From Candidatus Multivoradales bacterium (GTDB taxonomy: Bacteria > Acidobacteriota > Thermoanaerobaculia > Multivoradales > JAHEKO01), in the NCBI GenBank assembly GCA_965223155.1, contig CBDCVR010000013.1, positions 256,001 to 320,000 of the forward strand: a stretch of DNA of 64,000 bases, read 5' to 3'. The notes under the pieces were generated by a model that made no database searches, was not told the origin of the DNA, and worked only from the letters and a program-made list of their open reading frames with translations. Shown here piece after piece: positions 30,141-40,530 of this stretch. The position numbers were made by a program, and so were the translations under genes. Position 1 is the stretch's first letter, and each line of letters begins with the position of its first letter.

Positions 30141-31625
30141 ATGAGCCTGAGACCAAGACTGCGACCCCGACCTAGGCGCTTCGAGATCGCGGCGCTGGCG
30201 CTCCTGCTCCTCGGCGGATTCTGGGTCGAGAGCTTGTCCTTGGCCGGCGCGGGCGAACCACGGCGGTTCAACGACACAGGCGTCTACGAAGAGCTGGCAA
30301 GGCTCAGCGTCCTGGAACCGGCTTTTTGGGCGGGGGACAAGCCGCCAACCGCGGCTTTGGCCTTCAAGCTGGCGGGCATCGACGGGGAACGGATCGGCCG
30401 GCTTCAAAGCGTGCTTTCAGTGCTGTGTTGGTTCGTCTTTGGACTGTGTTTGGCCGGCGGGGTCCGCTCCCTGGCGGGCAGGCTCGGTCTGGTAACGCTG
30501 GCCCTGGCGATGTCGTTCACCGTGCCGGTCAATCAGTGGGACCGGGTGCTGCTGTCCGAGTCCTTGTCTCTGTCGCTGACGGTCTTGACCGTAGGCCTCG
30601 CGGTCGCACTCGCGCGGGTGGCCTTCGGCTCCGACAGAGATTCCGCCGCGTCCGCGCCGTCCGAAGGCCGGGGCATGAGGACGCTGCTTCTCGTCGCCGC
30701 GACCGTTGTTTCCGGTTTCCTGCTGGCGCTCACCAGGGACACGAATGTGTTTCTGGTGGCTTTCTTGGCGTTGGGGATCCTGCTGCTCGCGGTCGTGGGT
30801 CGGGCTCGAGCCTCGGCGATACCCAGCGACCGGAAAGGATGGATGCCGCTCTTGGCCGCGGCCCTCGGCCTACTCCTCGTCACGTTCCTCGGTCACGAGC
30901 TCATGGTGCGTTCGGAGCGCTGGCGCGATCCGCTCACCAACGTCCTGCTGTCTCGAGTCGTACCCAACCCGGAGGTCTATCGCGTCTTCGTCGAGAAGCT
31001 GGGTCTTCCGGAGAATCGGACCTTCGCGCGCTACCGGAAGCGCAAAGCCTGGAGCAGGGTGCACTTCGGCGAGCCCATCCGGACTCGTTTCCTGACCGGC
31101 GACCCCGAAGTCGCCGACGTCCATCACTGGATGCGGGAGTCCGGCCGCGCTGCGTATGCCCGCTACCTGCTGGTGATGCGCCCCAGGGCGTCTCTCCTGC
31201 AGTCGTTCGCAGCCCTGCGAGCCGGGGCGTCGCGCTCGACCTGGAGACAGTTCGGCAAGGGGGCGGGGCAGAAGGACTGGACTTTGGCTTTGACCCGTTG
31301 GTTCATGCCGAGCCTGCCGGCGAGGCCGGCGCCCTTGATCATCGCGTTCGGGGTCGCCTGTCTCACGGGCTTGGCGGTTCCCAGGGTTCGGGTGCTCGCA
31401 GTTGTCGCCGCGTTCCTTCTGGCCGCGGCCTGGATCCAAGCGTTTCTGAGCTTCCACGGCGATGATTCGAATCTGGCGCGCCACGCCGCTCCGGCGGCAC
31501 TTGCCGAGTCCGTGGGCCTGGTTCTTCTGGGAGTCGCGCTGCTGGCTTGGGCCGGGACGAGGCTCCAACGCTCGATCCGCGGGTTGAGCCGCCGAACACC
31601 GCGGTCGAGGCCGGAGTCGGGCTAG
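30141..31625 (+). CDS. polytopic membrane protein (GT-C/PMT-like)
   Basis: DTGVY early loop, LLSESLS motif, many TM helices. Confidence 0.6.
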   Translation: MSLRPRLRPRPRRFEIAALALLLLGGFWVESLSLAGAGEPRRFNDTGVYEELARLSVLEPAFWAGDKPPTAALAFKLAGIDGERIGRLQSVLSVLCWFVFGLCLAGGVRSLAGRLGLVTLALAMSFTVPVNQWDRVLLSESLSLSLTVLTVGLAVALARVAFGSDRDSAASAPSEGRGMRTLLLVAATVVSGFLLALTRDTNVFLVAFLALGILLLAVVGRARASAIPSDRKGWMPLLAAALGLLLVTFLGHELMVRSERWRDPLTNVLLSRVVPNPEVYRVFVEKLGLPENRTFARYRKRKAWSRVHFGEPIRTRFLTGDPEVADVHHWMRESGRAAYARYLLVMRPRASLLQSFAALRAGASRSTWRQFGKGAGQKDWTLALTRWFMPSLPARPAPLIIAFGVACLTGLAVPRVRVLAVVAAFLLAAAWIQAFLSFHGDDSNLARHAAPAALAESVGLVLLGVALLAWAGTRLQRSIRGLSRRTPRSRPESG

Positions 31626-32986
31626 TTGACGTAGCCGAGCGCCCGCAGGTGCTCGGTGGCTTCGTCAGTTTGACGAACGCCTTCGGCGAAGCTGCGGTCG
31701 AGGCGGGGCGCTTCGGCCAAGAAGCGGTCCAGCTCCGCCCGCAGCTTGGCCGCGGCTTCGGGACGTTCACGGATCGCGTTGCGCTGTTCGTAGGGATCGT
31801 CGTCGAGATGGAACAGCTCTTCGGCCAGCGGCTCGGTGTGGCGCACGAATTTCCAATTCTGCGCCAAGATCGCTTGACGTTCGTAGAGGACCTCGAGGTC
31901 CGGAGTCTCATGCCGGAACATGCCAAAGACCGGGCGCGGCCGCGCTGGTGAGCCTTCGAGGAGAGGCACCAGACTCCGGCCGGCCGCGAGCGGCTTGGTC
32001 TTGTCGGCCATCAGCTCGCGCAAGGTGGGCAGGACGTCCACGATGCTGACCGGGTCCGCGATGCGGCGCGAAGCGAAGCGGCCCGGGAAGTACACCATCA
32101 ACGGGATCCTCATGACCTCTTGGTAGAGGCTGGCCCCGTGCTTTCGATCGTCATGGTCGTAGAACTCCTCGCCGTGATCCGAGAGCACGATCACGAGAGT
32201 GTTCCGATCCCAGCCGAGCCGCTCGTGCAGGCCGCCAAGGATGGCGTCCACATAGCCGATCTCGCTGTCGTAGCGATCGAGCATGGTCTTTGACCAGCCG
32301 CGGCCGCCGCCGGCTCCACGCTCCCAGGCGATCAATCGTCGCAAGTGTTCCCGGCTGCTGCCCTCCCGGAACCACGGTTCGCGGTGGCGATAGGGGCTGT
32401 GGGGATCCATGAAGTGGAGGTAGAGGAAGTACTTGCCTCCGTCCAGGATCTCGGATTCCCACTCCTGGACGACACCGTCGAGAACTTTGGCGGCCTTGTA
32501 GAGATGCTTCTCGAAGCGTCCGAAGCCGCGAGCGAATCCCGCGGTCTCGTCAATGTTGATGTTGTCGGCAACTCCAAAGGTCCGGTACCCGATGCGCTCC
32601 ATCATCTCGGGGATCGTCTCGGCGGCATCCGGAATTCGGTTGTGCGGCGCGCCCGATCGCGTGGACGCCCGAAACCCGGTCCAGAGGCCGTGCTGGACCG
32701 GATACAAGCCCGTAAAGAGGGAAGCAGTTGCCGGCGTCGTCCAGCTCGTCGTCGTGTGGGCGCTGTCGAAAACGACGCTCGAAGCCGCGAGTTCCTCCAG
32801 ATACGGCCCGGTCTCGACCTCGTCGTTGAAAACCGCGAGGCGATCTGCCCGCAAGGTGTCGATGACCACGAGGACGACGTTGAATTCGGGCTCGGGGGTT
32901 TGGCCGAGCGAGCAGCCCAGGCTGGTCAGCAGCGGAACGAGCAGACAGAGGAGGGCACGCCTGAATCGCCGGCCGGTTGCGTTCAC
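31622..32986 (-). CDS. sulfatase-like hydrolase/transferase lipoprotein
   Basis: Lipobox SLGC, DTLRAD, WTTPATASLFTG, DPH, SDHGE. Confidence 0.85.
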   Translation of the reverse strand: MNATGRRFRRALLCLLVPLLTSLGCSLGQTPEPEFNVVLVVIDTLRADRLAVFNDEVETGPYLEELAASSVVFDSAHTTTSWTTPATASLFTGLYPVQHGLWTGFRASTRSGAPHNRIPDAAETIPEMMERIGYRTFGVADNINIDETAGFARGFGRFEKHLYKAAKVLDGVVQEWESEILDGGKYFLYLHFMDPHSPYRHREPWFREGSSREHLRRLIAWERGAGGGRGWSKTMLDRYDSEIGYVDAILGGLHERLGWDRNTLVIVLSDHGEEFYDHDDRKHGASLYQEVMRIPLMVYFPGRFASRRIADPVSIVDVLPTLRELMADKTKPLAAGRSLVPLLEGSPARPRPVFGMFRHETPDLEVLYERQAILAQNWKFVRHTEPLAEELFHLDDDPYEQRNAIRERPEAAAKLRAELDRFLAEAPRLDRSFAEGVRQTDEATEHLRALGYVN

Positions 32987-33082
32987 GCGAGAAGAATACC
33001 AGCGCAGTTCGCAGAGCCGCCGGATCGGCGGGGGGCAGTACTTCCGTCTCCGGTTCCGGCCTTTGGCGCTAGCTCGCTGGGC

Positions 33083-34885
33083 TCAGGTGTCAGACGGAAC
33101 GGCCGGTTCGCCGGCGACTTCGATCCGGGAGTAGGACGCGGCTCGACCAAGCTCGTCGATTACCCCTACGGCTACCTGGTGGCGAGCCGGTCCAAGGTGA
33201 GTCATGACCACAAAGTCGTGCCGAGTGCTCGACTCATCCTCGATCGCGACCTCGATGAGCTTCTCTCGAATTTCCGTCCGTCGCCCCTTCTCGTCCTCGG
33301 CGGCAATCAAGACTCGAAGGAGCGCTCGAGCCGGGTCCTCACCCACGGTCACAAGGCTGCCGATCGGAACCGTGACGCGGATTGGGACCGCTCGCTTGTC
33401 GTTCGGCACCGAATTCGGCGTAGCTGCAGACGGCTCGTCGACGCTTGTGCCGGCAGAACCACCCTCGGCGACCCTCGCCGTGACGCCCAGGTCATTGTCC
33501 TGGAAGCCGAGACGTAGCGATGCCATCAATCGGTCGCCGAGCGCCTCCGATCTGGGCCGGTCGCGGTAGAGCCGGCGGTACCGAAGGCGAGCCTTGGGGT
33601 GGCCGGGGAGCCTCACGCGAAGGCTGTGAGCTCGATCGTCCGCATCTCGACTCGGCGAGAAACCAAGCGAGTAGTGGGAGGAGAAGTTCCTGGCAATTCT
33701 GTTCAGGCGATCCAAAGGACGATTCTCATTGAACACTGCTTCACCTCCGGTCTCGTTGGCGAGATAGTAGAGAGACGACTGGAGGTTGGCCCGGCGGACC
33801 AGGCTTGTCAGATTCGATGGGCGTGTGTGTTGGAAAGCGAACTCGACCGAAGACCCGCGATCAGCTCGCAGGCCGCCGGCGTCGAGCGAATAGATTGTGA
33901 CGCGGTTGGCGTTGGCGCGCGCGGCAATCCGATTCAGGAACGGAGTTTCGTCGAATCGAGTGAGCAGGGGTTGGGCGTCGTAAGCCTTTTCCGGGCAAAT
34001 GTCGGTCAGATAGTTCAGAGCGCCGATTCCCGGTCGCTGCTGGAGTCCCGAACTGACATAGAAGACCGTCTTGCGTCCTGGAAGCCCCCCGAGGGCGCTG
34101 ACGAGCTCACCGAGACCCTCGCCGGACCTGAAAAGGCGATCGGACGACGAGATCGCGTATTGCTCCCAAAGGGCGACCATCTGTTCCCAAGCACACTCAC
34201 AAACGCTTGGACAGGGATTGAATCCGCCCGTCTTTGGCAGGTTGTAGACCTCATAGAGTTCTTGTACGTCGCGGAACAGCCTGGCGTACTCGATGGCGTC
34301 CTGGCGCCCGAAGCTCGACTTGGCCACGGAGGTATCAAGTGCCCGTCGCAGCTCTTCTGCATCCGTAGTAGTGAAGTCCGTCTGAATCCGCAGTCCCACG
34401 TCGTAGGTGGCCAGCAGGATGCGCAAGTGCTCAGGGCGTCGACTCCCGACGAACCTTGCCAGGTCATCGGCAATTCGTTGCCGATCCGAGGGATCGAGGT
34501 TCAGATTGTCGAGGAACAGCACCGCCCAGATTGGTTCGACAGCCTCGCTGGCCTTGTCACGACCGCCCTGGGTTTGAGGGCTCTCGGGCGTAGCGCCGTC
34601 TTCGAATCTAGGACGCTGGCCCGCTCGAAAGTACGTGATCTCGACCGGCCGGCCATCTTCAACGAGCTCGAAGTCGCCAGGTGCAAGGCCCTCGATCGGC
34701 CGTCCCTTCTTGTCGCTTACGAAGACATCGACGTTAACGACCCGAACGTCGACGACTTCGAGAAACGGTTCGGCTGGCGGCGGCTCCCCTTGAGCCCCCA
34801 TTGGCGAAGGCGCCATCAAGCATAGAGCGGCGGCCGTCGGGAGAAGGGCCCGGATCTCTGAACCGACTCGAAGAAGCAACTTCAT
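33083..34885 (-). CDS. VWA-domain protein (acidobacterial VWFA-related type)
   Basis: VDVRVVNVDVFVSDKKGRPIEGL..DFELVEDG, GRKTVFYVS, LANETGG, YSLGF. Confidence 0.85.
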   Translation of the reverse strand: MKLLLRVGSEIRALLPTAAALCLMAPSPMGAQGEPPPAEPFLEVVDVRVVNVDVFVSDKKGRPIEGLAPGDFELVEDGRPVEITYFRAGQRPRFEDGATPESPQTQGGRDKASEAVEPIWAVLFLDNLNLDPSDRQRIADDLARFVGSRRPEHLRILLATYDVGLRIQTDFTTTDAEELRRALDTSVAKSSFGRQDAIEYARLFRDVQELYEVYNLPKTGGFNPCPSVCECAWEQMVALWEQYAISSSDRLFRSGEGLGELVSALGGLPGRKTVFYVSSGLQQRPGIGALNYLTDICPEKAYDAQPLLTRFDETPFLNRIAARANANRVTIYSLDAGGLRADRGSSVEFAFQHTRPSNLTSLVRRANLQSSLYYLANETGGEAVFNENRPLDRLNRIARNFSSHYSLGFSPSRDADDRAHSLRVRLPGHPKARLRYRRLYRDRPRSEALGDRLMASLRLGFQDNDLGVTARVAEGGSAGTSVDEPSAATPNSVPNDKRAVPIRVTVPIGSLVTVGEDPARALLRVLIAAEDEKGRRTEIREKLIEVAIEDESSTRHDFVVMTHLGPARHQVAVGVIDELGRAASYSRIEVAGEPAVPSDT

Positions 34886-35105
34886 GAAGCTCACCTTCGC
34901 AATTGATGCAGCAAGCTGCGCGCCAAGTGGGGGCAGTGCGCACGGTCATGGCCTGCTGATTGGTTCTTTGGCCGCAGCAGTGTCTCGGCCTTCGCCGGCC
35001 GTCCTCGAAACGAGACGTGCACAGGCGACAGTCGGTGGTGCGAGTACCCACTTCCGGCCGCTTGCCGCGAAGATGGAGGTCGGGAATCGCGGGAAGAAAG
35101 AAGGT

Positions 35106-35192
35106 TGGTGCGAAAGGGGGGACTCGAACCCCCACGGTATTGCTACCACAAGGTCCTGAACCTTGCGCGTCTACCAATTCCGCCACTTTCGC
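35106..35192 (-). tRNA. tRNA-Leu(CAG)
   Basis: GCGAAAG/CTTTCGC acceptor stem, anticodon arm CAAGG-TTCAGGA-CCTTG, long variable arm, GTTCGA, encoded CCA. Confidence 0.97.
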
Positions 35193-35466
35193 AGAACCGC
35201 GGCCGACCGGTGGTCGGCGGGGTCGCTGATTCTAGCCGGTTCGCGGCCGGGCGGCTAGAGGCGTCCGAAACTCCTCGAGGCTTCGATTCGAGTCGCCAGG
35301 CGCCAAGAGTGCGTCGCGATCCGGCTTCGTGATGGTGCCCGTGGCAGCCTGTCGGCCTCACGGAGTCCGTCACCGGGGGACCTGCCGACAAGTACCTCCC
35401 GAGTAGCACCACTGCGCCCGCGGCAAGGCAGCGACAAATGCCCCATAATGCGGACGAGCCGAGTTG

Positions 35467-37965
35467 ATGAGCGAACGATTTCCCAGTCTTCCCGCCGGAG
35501 CCGAGGGCGTGGTGCGTGCCGACCTTCTGGACTTCCTCACGGAAGCCGGCCGCAAGGGAAGGGCGCGGGCCGATGTGGACGAGTGGGCGCGCCGGTCCGG
35601 GGCGCCGGATCTTGCGAAGGAAGCGCTCGACGTCCTGCTGCGCCAAGGCGAGGTGATCGAGTGGCGCCGGCGTCTGCTGGCCTTGCGCCATACCGATTGG
35701 CGAGTTGGCACCATCCGCCGCGTCGGAGGCGGCGGCGGGCGCCAGCGACAGGCGGGAGACGGCCGGCGGGGTCCCGGTACCGGGCGGCGTGGCGGAGGCT
35801 CCTCAGCCAGGGGGCGACGCGACTCCGGCACACGGCGCGGTCCAGGGCGTGGCCCTGAGCGGAGCCCAATGCGGGGCAGAAACCGCGGCGGCGGCCGCTC
35901 GGACCGTGGCGCGCTCTTCCTGGGTGGCGCCGGCAGCGAGGCGACACACTTCATCCCGGCCAGCAACCTTCGCGGCGCTCGGGACGGCGACCGGGTCCTG
36001 GTCCGCCCGGCTGGGTCCCGCCGGCGCGGCAGCTCCGGCCCACGTCCGGGCAAGCTGCCCGAAGCGACCGTGGTCAAGGTGCTGGCCCGCGGCCGCTCCG
36101 AGATCGTCGGCTTTCTCCGTGGCGGCGACCGGCTGGAGCTCGTGCCCTTCGACTCGCGCGTGCGCCTCGACGTCGAGCTGCCCGACGGGTCCGAGGCCTT
36201 GGCCGGACGCTTCGTGGCCGCGGTTCTGGCGCCCGAGGCGGAAGCGGCCAGGGGCCGGGTGCCGGTCACCTCTCTAGACGACCTGGGCGATCCGACCGAA
36301 GCCGGGACGGACGTCCGGGTGGTGCTGCGCCACTTCGAGATCCCGGAGGTGTTTCCGCCCGACGTTCTGGAGCAAGCCGCCGGATTCCCCGAGACGCCGC
36401 CGCCGCCGGGCCCCGAGCGCGAAGATCTTCGCTCCCTGGTGACCGTGACCATCGACGGCCGGACGGCTCGCGACTTCGACGACGCCATCTCGCTCACCGA
36501 GCGGCCCGACGGCGGGGTTTCCCTGGCCGTGCACATCGCCGACGTCGCCGAGTACGTTACCGTGGGCAGTCCGCTCGACCGCGAGGCCTACCGCCGCGGC
36601 ACGAGCGTCTACTTTCCGGACCGGGCGGTGCCGATGCTGCCCGAGTCGCTGTCGAACGGGTTGTGCTCGCTGAGACCGGGCGTCGAGCGTTTCACCCTGA
36701 CTGCCTTCCTGGAGCTGTCGGCGGCCGGTGAGCTCGAGTCCCGCCGTTTCGCCGAGTCCGTGATCGTCTCGGATCGGCGCCTGACCTACTCCGAGGTCCG
36801 GCGCGTGCTGGAAGAGCCCCAAGACGGCGACCGTGCCGAGTACGGTCCGGTGCTGGAGCTCCTGGAGAGCGCTCGGCGTCTCATGGAGCGCCTTTTCCGC
36901 CAGCGCCTGGATCGTGGCTCGATCGACTTCGATCTGCCGGAAGGCAGTGTGGTACTGGATACCGACGGCGTCACCGTGGGCGTCAAGCCGGGCGAGCGCA
37001 ATGTCGCTCACCGGATCATTGAGGAGCTGATGATCGCGACCAACGAGGCCGTCGCTCGGGAGCTCTCCGGCGCCGAGCTGCCCGCGCTCTACCGCGTGCA
37101 CGACGAACCGGAGCGGGGGCGCTTCGAAGAGTTGCGGTCGTTTCTGGAGCCCTTGGGGATTCCTCTGGAACTCACCGCCGAGATGCTGCATCCAAGCCTG
37201 TTACAGGAGGTGTTGCGAGCCGTGGAAGGACATGACGAGGAGCCGTTCGTATCAACTCTGGTGCTCCGTGCCATGAAGCGGGCCTACTACGACCCCGATT
37301 GCCGTGGACACTACGCCTTGGCATCGCCCGCGTACTCTCATTTCACCTCGCCGATTCGGCGCTACCCGGATCTCCTCGTGCACCGCGAGCTCAAGCGCTG
37401 GCTTCGCGCCCGGTCCGACGAAGACCGCGAGGAGCGCCGACGGCGGCTGCCGGCAATCGCCGAGTCCACCAGCGCCACCGAACGGCGGGCCGAGCGAGCC
37501 GAGCGGACGCTGCTTCAATGGAAGATCGTGCGCCTGCTCGAAGAACGGACCGACGAGGTCTTTCGGGCGCGAGTGACCGGCGTTCAACCGTTCGGACTCT
37601 TCGTCCAGTTGGATGACTACTTCGTGGACGCGCTCCTGCCGGTCGCGGAGCTGACCGACGATTTCTACACCTACGAGGAAGAACGCCACCGGCTCGTGGG
37701 GCGCTCGGGAAAGACCTATCGTCTGGCGGATGCGGTGGACGTGCGTCTGATCGACGTTGACGTCGTCGGCCGGCGGTTGGTCGTTGCTCCCGCCGCGGCC
37801 AATGTCGAGCCTCGAGACAAGACGCAACGCTCCGGCAAGCAAGGCGAGCCCGCCAGCTCATCTGATCGCTCATCTGCCTCGGCCGACCGCTCGACGGATC
37901 GCGCTGGGCGGTCCAGACGGAGACCCAGATCGCGCGGCAAAGGCGGGAAAGGGAGGCGGCGATGA
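35467..37965 (+). CDS. rnr: ribonuclease R
   Basis: TIDGRTARDFDDA, HFTSPIRRYPD, S1 domain, basic C-terminal tail. Confidence 0.92.
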   Translation: MSERFPSLPAGAEGVVRADLLDFLTEAGRKGRARADVDEWARRSGAPDLAKEALDVLLRQGEVIEWRRRLLALRHTDWRVGTIRRVGGGGGRQRQAGDGRRGPGTGRRGGGSSARGRRDSGTRRGPGRGPERSPMRGRNRGGGRSDRGALFLGGAGSEATHFIPASNLRGARDGDRVLVRPAGSRRRGSSGPRPGKLPEATVVKVLARGRSEIVGFLRGGDRLELVPFDSRVRLDVELPDGSEALAGRFVAAVLAPEAEAARGRVPVTSLDDLGDPTEAGTDVRVVLRHFEIPEVFPPDVLEQAAGFPETPPPPGPEREDLRSLVTVTIDGRTARDFDDAISLTERPDGGVSLAVHIADVAEYVTVGSPLDREAYRRGTSVYFPDRAVPMLPESLSNGLCSLRPGVERFTLTAFLELSAAGELESRRFAESVIVSDRRLTYSEVRRVLEEPQDGDRAEYGPVLELLESARRLMERLFRQRLDRGSIDFDLPEGSVVLDTDGVTVGVKPGERNVAHRIIEELMIATNEAVARELSGAELPALYRVHDEPERGRFEELRSFLEPLGIPLELTAEMLHPSLLQEVLRAVEGHDEEPFVSTLVLRAMKRAYYDPDCRGHYALASPAYSHFTSPIRRYPDLLVHRELKRWLRARSDEDREERRRRLPAIAESTSATERRAERAERTLLQWKIVRLLEERTDEVFRARVTGVQPFGLFVQLDDYFVDALLPVAELTDDFYTYEEERHRLVGRSGKTYRLADAVDVRLIDVDVVGRRLVVAPAAANVEPRDKTQRSGKQGEPASSSDRSSASADRSTDRAGRSRRRPRSRGKGGKGRRR

Positions 37966-38039
37966 GGGATCGAAAGTCTGGCCGCGAAAGCTGGAATCCG
38001 GCTGCTGGCGAGGCCAGGCGCGTTGGTAGACTCTCGCCC

Positions 38040-38546
38040 ATGAGTCGTTGGCGCGCGCGGTTTCGGACGTCTCTCGTCGGCCCTCTAGCTCTGCTGGCGC
38101 TGGGCGTGGTCGTGATTGGCGGTCTTGGCGGCTGCCGTTCGGCCACCGAGACCGCGGCCGCCGACCGGGCCGAGATTCAGGCCATGCTGGAGGAGTTTCT
38201 GCCGGTCCTGGGCCGGGCCTATGCCGAGCGCGACGCCTTGGCGGTCACCCCCTGGGTGGCGGAGAAGGAGATCGCCCGCATCGGCAAGCGAATCGAGGAG
38301 CTCTCCGACACCGGCCAGGTCTTCGTGCCGACCTTTCGCCAGCTCACCATCGAGGACGTCAACTCCTGGAACAGCTCCAACGCCTTCGTCACCACTGTCG
38401 AGGTGTGGGACTTGCGCAGCGAGGCCCTGGGCAGCGGCCAGGTACTGACCGAAGTAGCCGGCCAGGTGAACCGGGTCAAGTACCAATTGAAGTACGACGG
38501 GGGCCGCTGGCGGATTCTGTACCGGACCATCACCGAGCAGGAGTGA
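38040..38546 (+). CDS. putative lipoprotein (NTF2-like fold suspected)
   Basis: Lipobox LGGC; C-terminal Y.L..DGGRWRI pattern; start uncertain. Confidence 0.65.
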   Translation: MSRWRARFRTSLVGPLALLALGVVVIGGLGGCRSATETAAADRAEIQAMLEEFLPVLGRAYAERDALAVTPWVAEKEIARIGKRIEELSDTGQVFVPTFRQLTIEDVNSWNSSNAFVTTVEVWDLRSEALGSGQVLTEVAGQVNRVKYQLKYDGGRWRILYRTITEQE

Positions 38547-38696
38547 CGCGGTGAGCTGGGGGGCAGGGGCCCGCGGCCGCGGCGTCAAGTGGTCGGAGCT
38601 CGAGCCGAGAGTCCGATCGAGTTGGCGGCCGGGTCGGCGGCCAAGCTGGTGGCCAGGCCGGCAGTCGAGCCGGGCAGGGGAACCCGGGGCGTCGCG

Positions 38697-40079
38697 ATGA
38701 CGGCCGCCGAGCTGGCAGCGTCCGGTCTCGACGATTCCGGCATCGCCAGCGTGGTGGCGATCGTGGGCCGGCCCAACGTCGGTAAGTCAACGCTCTTCAA
38801 TCGCATCGTTGGGCGCCGCCAGGCCATCGTCCACGACCAGCCCGGAGTCACCCGCGACCGCATCACGGCGCGGACCGAGCTCGGTGGCCGCGAAGTGGAT
38901 CTCATCGATACCGGAGGGCTTCAGCTCGCCGAGGACACGATCGGGCTGAACGATCAGGTCTTTCTGGCGATGGAGGAGAGCGACCTCCTCATCTTCGTGG
39001 TGGATGGTAAGGACGGCAGGACTGCCGCCGACGAGCTGGTTCTGGAGCGGATTCGTGGATTCGCGAAACCGGTCATCCTGGCGGTCAACAAGGGCGACAC
39101 CAAGCTCGCCCAGGCCAACGAGGTGGAGTTCTATGCCCTGGGGGTCGCTCCCCAGGTGTTGATCTCGGCCGAACACGGCCTAGGCCTGCCGGATCTGCAC
39201 GAGGCCGCGGCGGAGCTTCTGCCCGAGACCGCGCCGGGTACCCGGGACCCGGACGTGCCGTCCCTCGCCATCGTGGGCCGGCCCAACGTCGGCAAGTCCT
39301 CGCTCCTGAACCGTCTCCTGGGCCGCGACCGGGCGCTGGTTTCGCCCGTGGCCGGCACCACCCGGGATCCGCTCGACTCGATCGTCACCCACGGCGACCG
39401 TCGCTACCGGCTGGTAGACACCGCCGGGATTCGTCGCCGCAGCCAGGTCTCGGACGCTCCCGAGGAGATCGCGGTCATGATGGCCCGCCGGCAGCTCGAA
39501 CGGGCCGAGCTGGCGCTTCTGGTCTTGGACGCGGCCGCCGGGGTCACCACCGGAGACCTGGCGATCGCCGGAGCGGCCTGGGAGATGGGCTGCGGCCTCC
39601 TGGCCGTGGTCAACAAGTGGGACCTGCTGGAGGACGAGATCGTGCGCGCGCGGCTCGAGGACGATTGGGGGCGCCTGGATGAGCTCGCCGCCCGGCCCCG
39701 GCGGGTGAACATCTCGGCCCTGACCGGCCGTGGCATCGACAAGGTCTTTCCGGCGGTCGAGGAGCTCTGGACGGACTTCATCCGCGAGCTTCCGACCGCT
39801 GAGGTCAATCGCCTGCTGCAGCGGGCGGTGACCCGCCATCAGGCGCCGGCCGTCCGCGGCAAGCCCTGGAAGCTTCTGTACGCCACCCAGGTCAAGGCCG
39901 CCCCGCCGACCTTCTTGTTGTTCGCGAACCGGGGCCTGGCGCGGAGCGACACCTACCGGCGCTACCTCGAGAATTTCGTTAGGGCCGAGCTAGGCTGTCC
40001 GGGCGTGCCGATTCGCTTGAAGATCAAGAGCCGGCTCCCGAGAACGGCGCGGTCTGGCCTCCCAGCCGGCGGGCGGTAA
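38697..40079 (+). CDS. der: ribosome biogenesis GTPase Der (EngA)
   Basis: Two GRPNVGKS P-loops, DTGG/DTAG, NKxD, C-terminal KH-like domain. Confidence 0.96.
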   Translation: MTAAELAASGLDDSGIASVVAIVGRPNVGKSTLFNRIVGRRQAIVHDQPGVTRDRITARTELGGREVDLIDTGGLQLAEDTIGLNDQVFLAMEESDLLIFVVDGKDGRTAADELVLERIRGFAKPVILAVNKGDTKLAQANEVEFYALGVAPQVLISAEHGLGLPDLHEAAAELLPETAPGTRDPDVPSLAIVGRPNVGKSSLLNRLLGRDRALVSPVAGTTRDPLDSIVTHGDRRYRLVDTAGIRRRSQVSDAPEEIAVMMARRQLERAELALLVLDAAAGVTTGDLAIAGAAWEMGCGLLAVVNKWDLLEDEIVRARLEDDWGRLDELAARPRRVNISALTGRGIDKVFPAVEELWTDFIRELPTAEVNRLLQRAVTRHQAPAVRGKPWKLLYATQVKAAPPTFLLFANRGLARSDTYRRYLENFVRAELGCPGVPIRLKIKSRLPRTARSGLPAGGR

Positions 40080-40128
40080 GGGCTTTCCGGGCCCCGTGGA
40101 GGGGCGAGGGGGAGTGTGGAATTTGTGG

Positions 40129-40158
40129 TTGCCGGGGCGTTCGGTCCCTCGGTATACT
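40129..40158 (+). promoter_or_regulatory. putative sigma70 promoter of the IHF/HU gene
   Basis: TTGCCG-N18-TATACT. Confidence 0.5.
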
Positions 40159-40197
40159 TCATGTAGATTCTCAGAGGTACTGCTTTAAGGGTACGCT

Positions 40198-40527
40198 ATG
40201 GCAGGAAACGACGATCCACTCAAGGACCGAAAACACGGAGTCACACGTGCCGATCTCACCGACGCCGTGTACGAGCGTCACGGCGGTCTCACCAAGACTG
40301 AGGCCGCCGAGGTCGTCAACAAGATCTTCGATACCATGAAGACGAACCTCCTCGAGGGCCGCCCGGTCAAGATCCAGAATTTCGGCGTTTTCGAGATCGC
40401 CGCCCGCAAGGGACGAGCAGGGGTCAACCCGGTCACCGGCCGCCGGATCTTCATTCCCGCCCACAAGAGCCTTCAGTTTCGGCCCGCTCCAAAGCTCAAG
40501 GACGCCGTCCAGGAGCCGGAAGAGTAG
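40198..40527 (+). CDS. integration host factor alpha / HU family protein
   Basis: TRADL, VKIQNFGVF, GVNPVTG, FRP; in the usual ihfA-merR-tRNA-Pro order. Confidence 0.9.
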   Translation: MAGNDDPLKDRKHGVTRADLTDAVYERHGGLTKTEAAEVVNKIFDTMKTNLLEGRPVKIQNFGVFEIAARKGRAGVNPVTGRRIFIPAHKSLQFRPAPKLKDAVQEPEE

Positions 40528-40530
40528 TCC

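Noticed and set aside
28700-35105. Integrated island downstream of tRNA-Leu
   Set aside because: No integrase and only an 8-nt match (TGGTGCGA, 35036-43) to the tRNA 3' end; insufficient evidence
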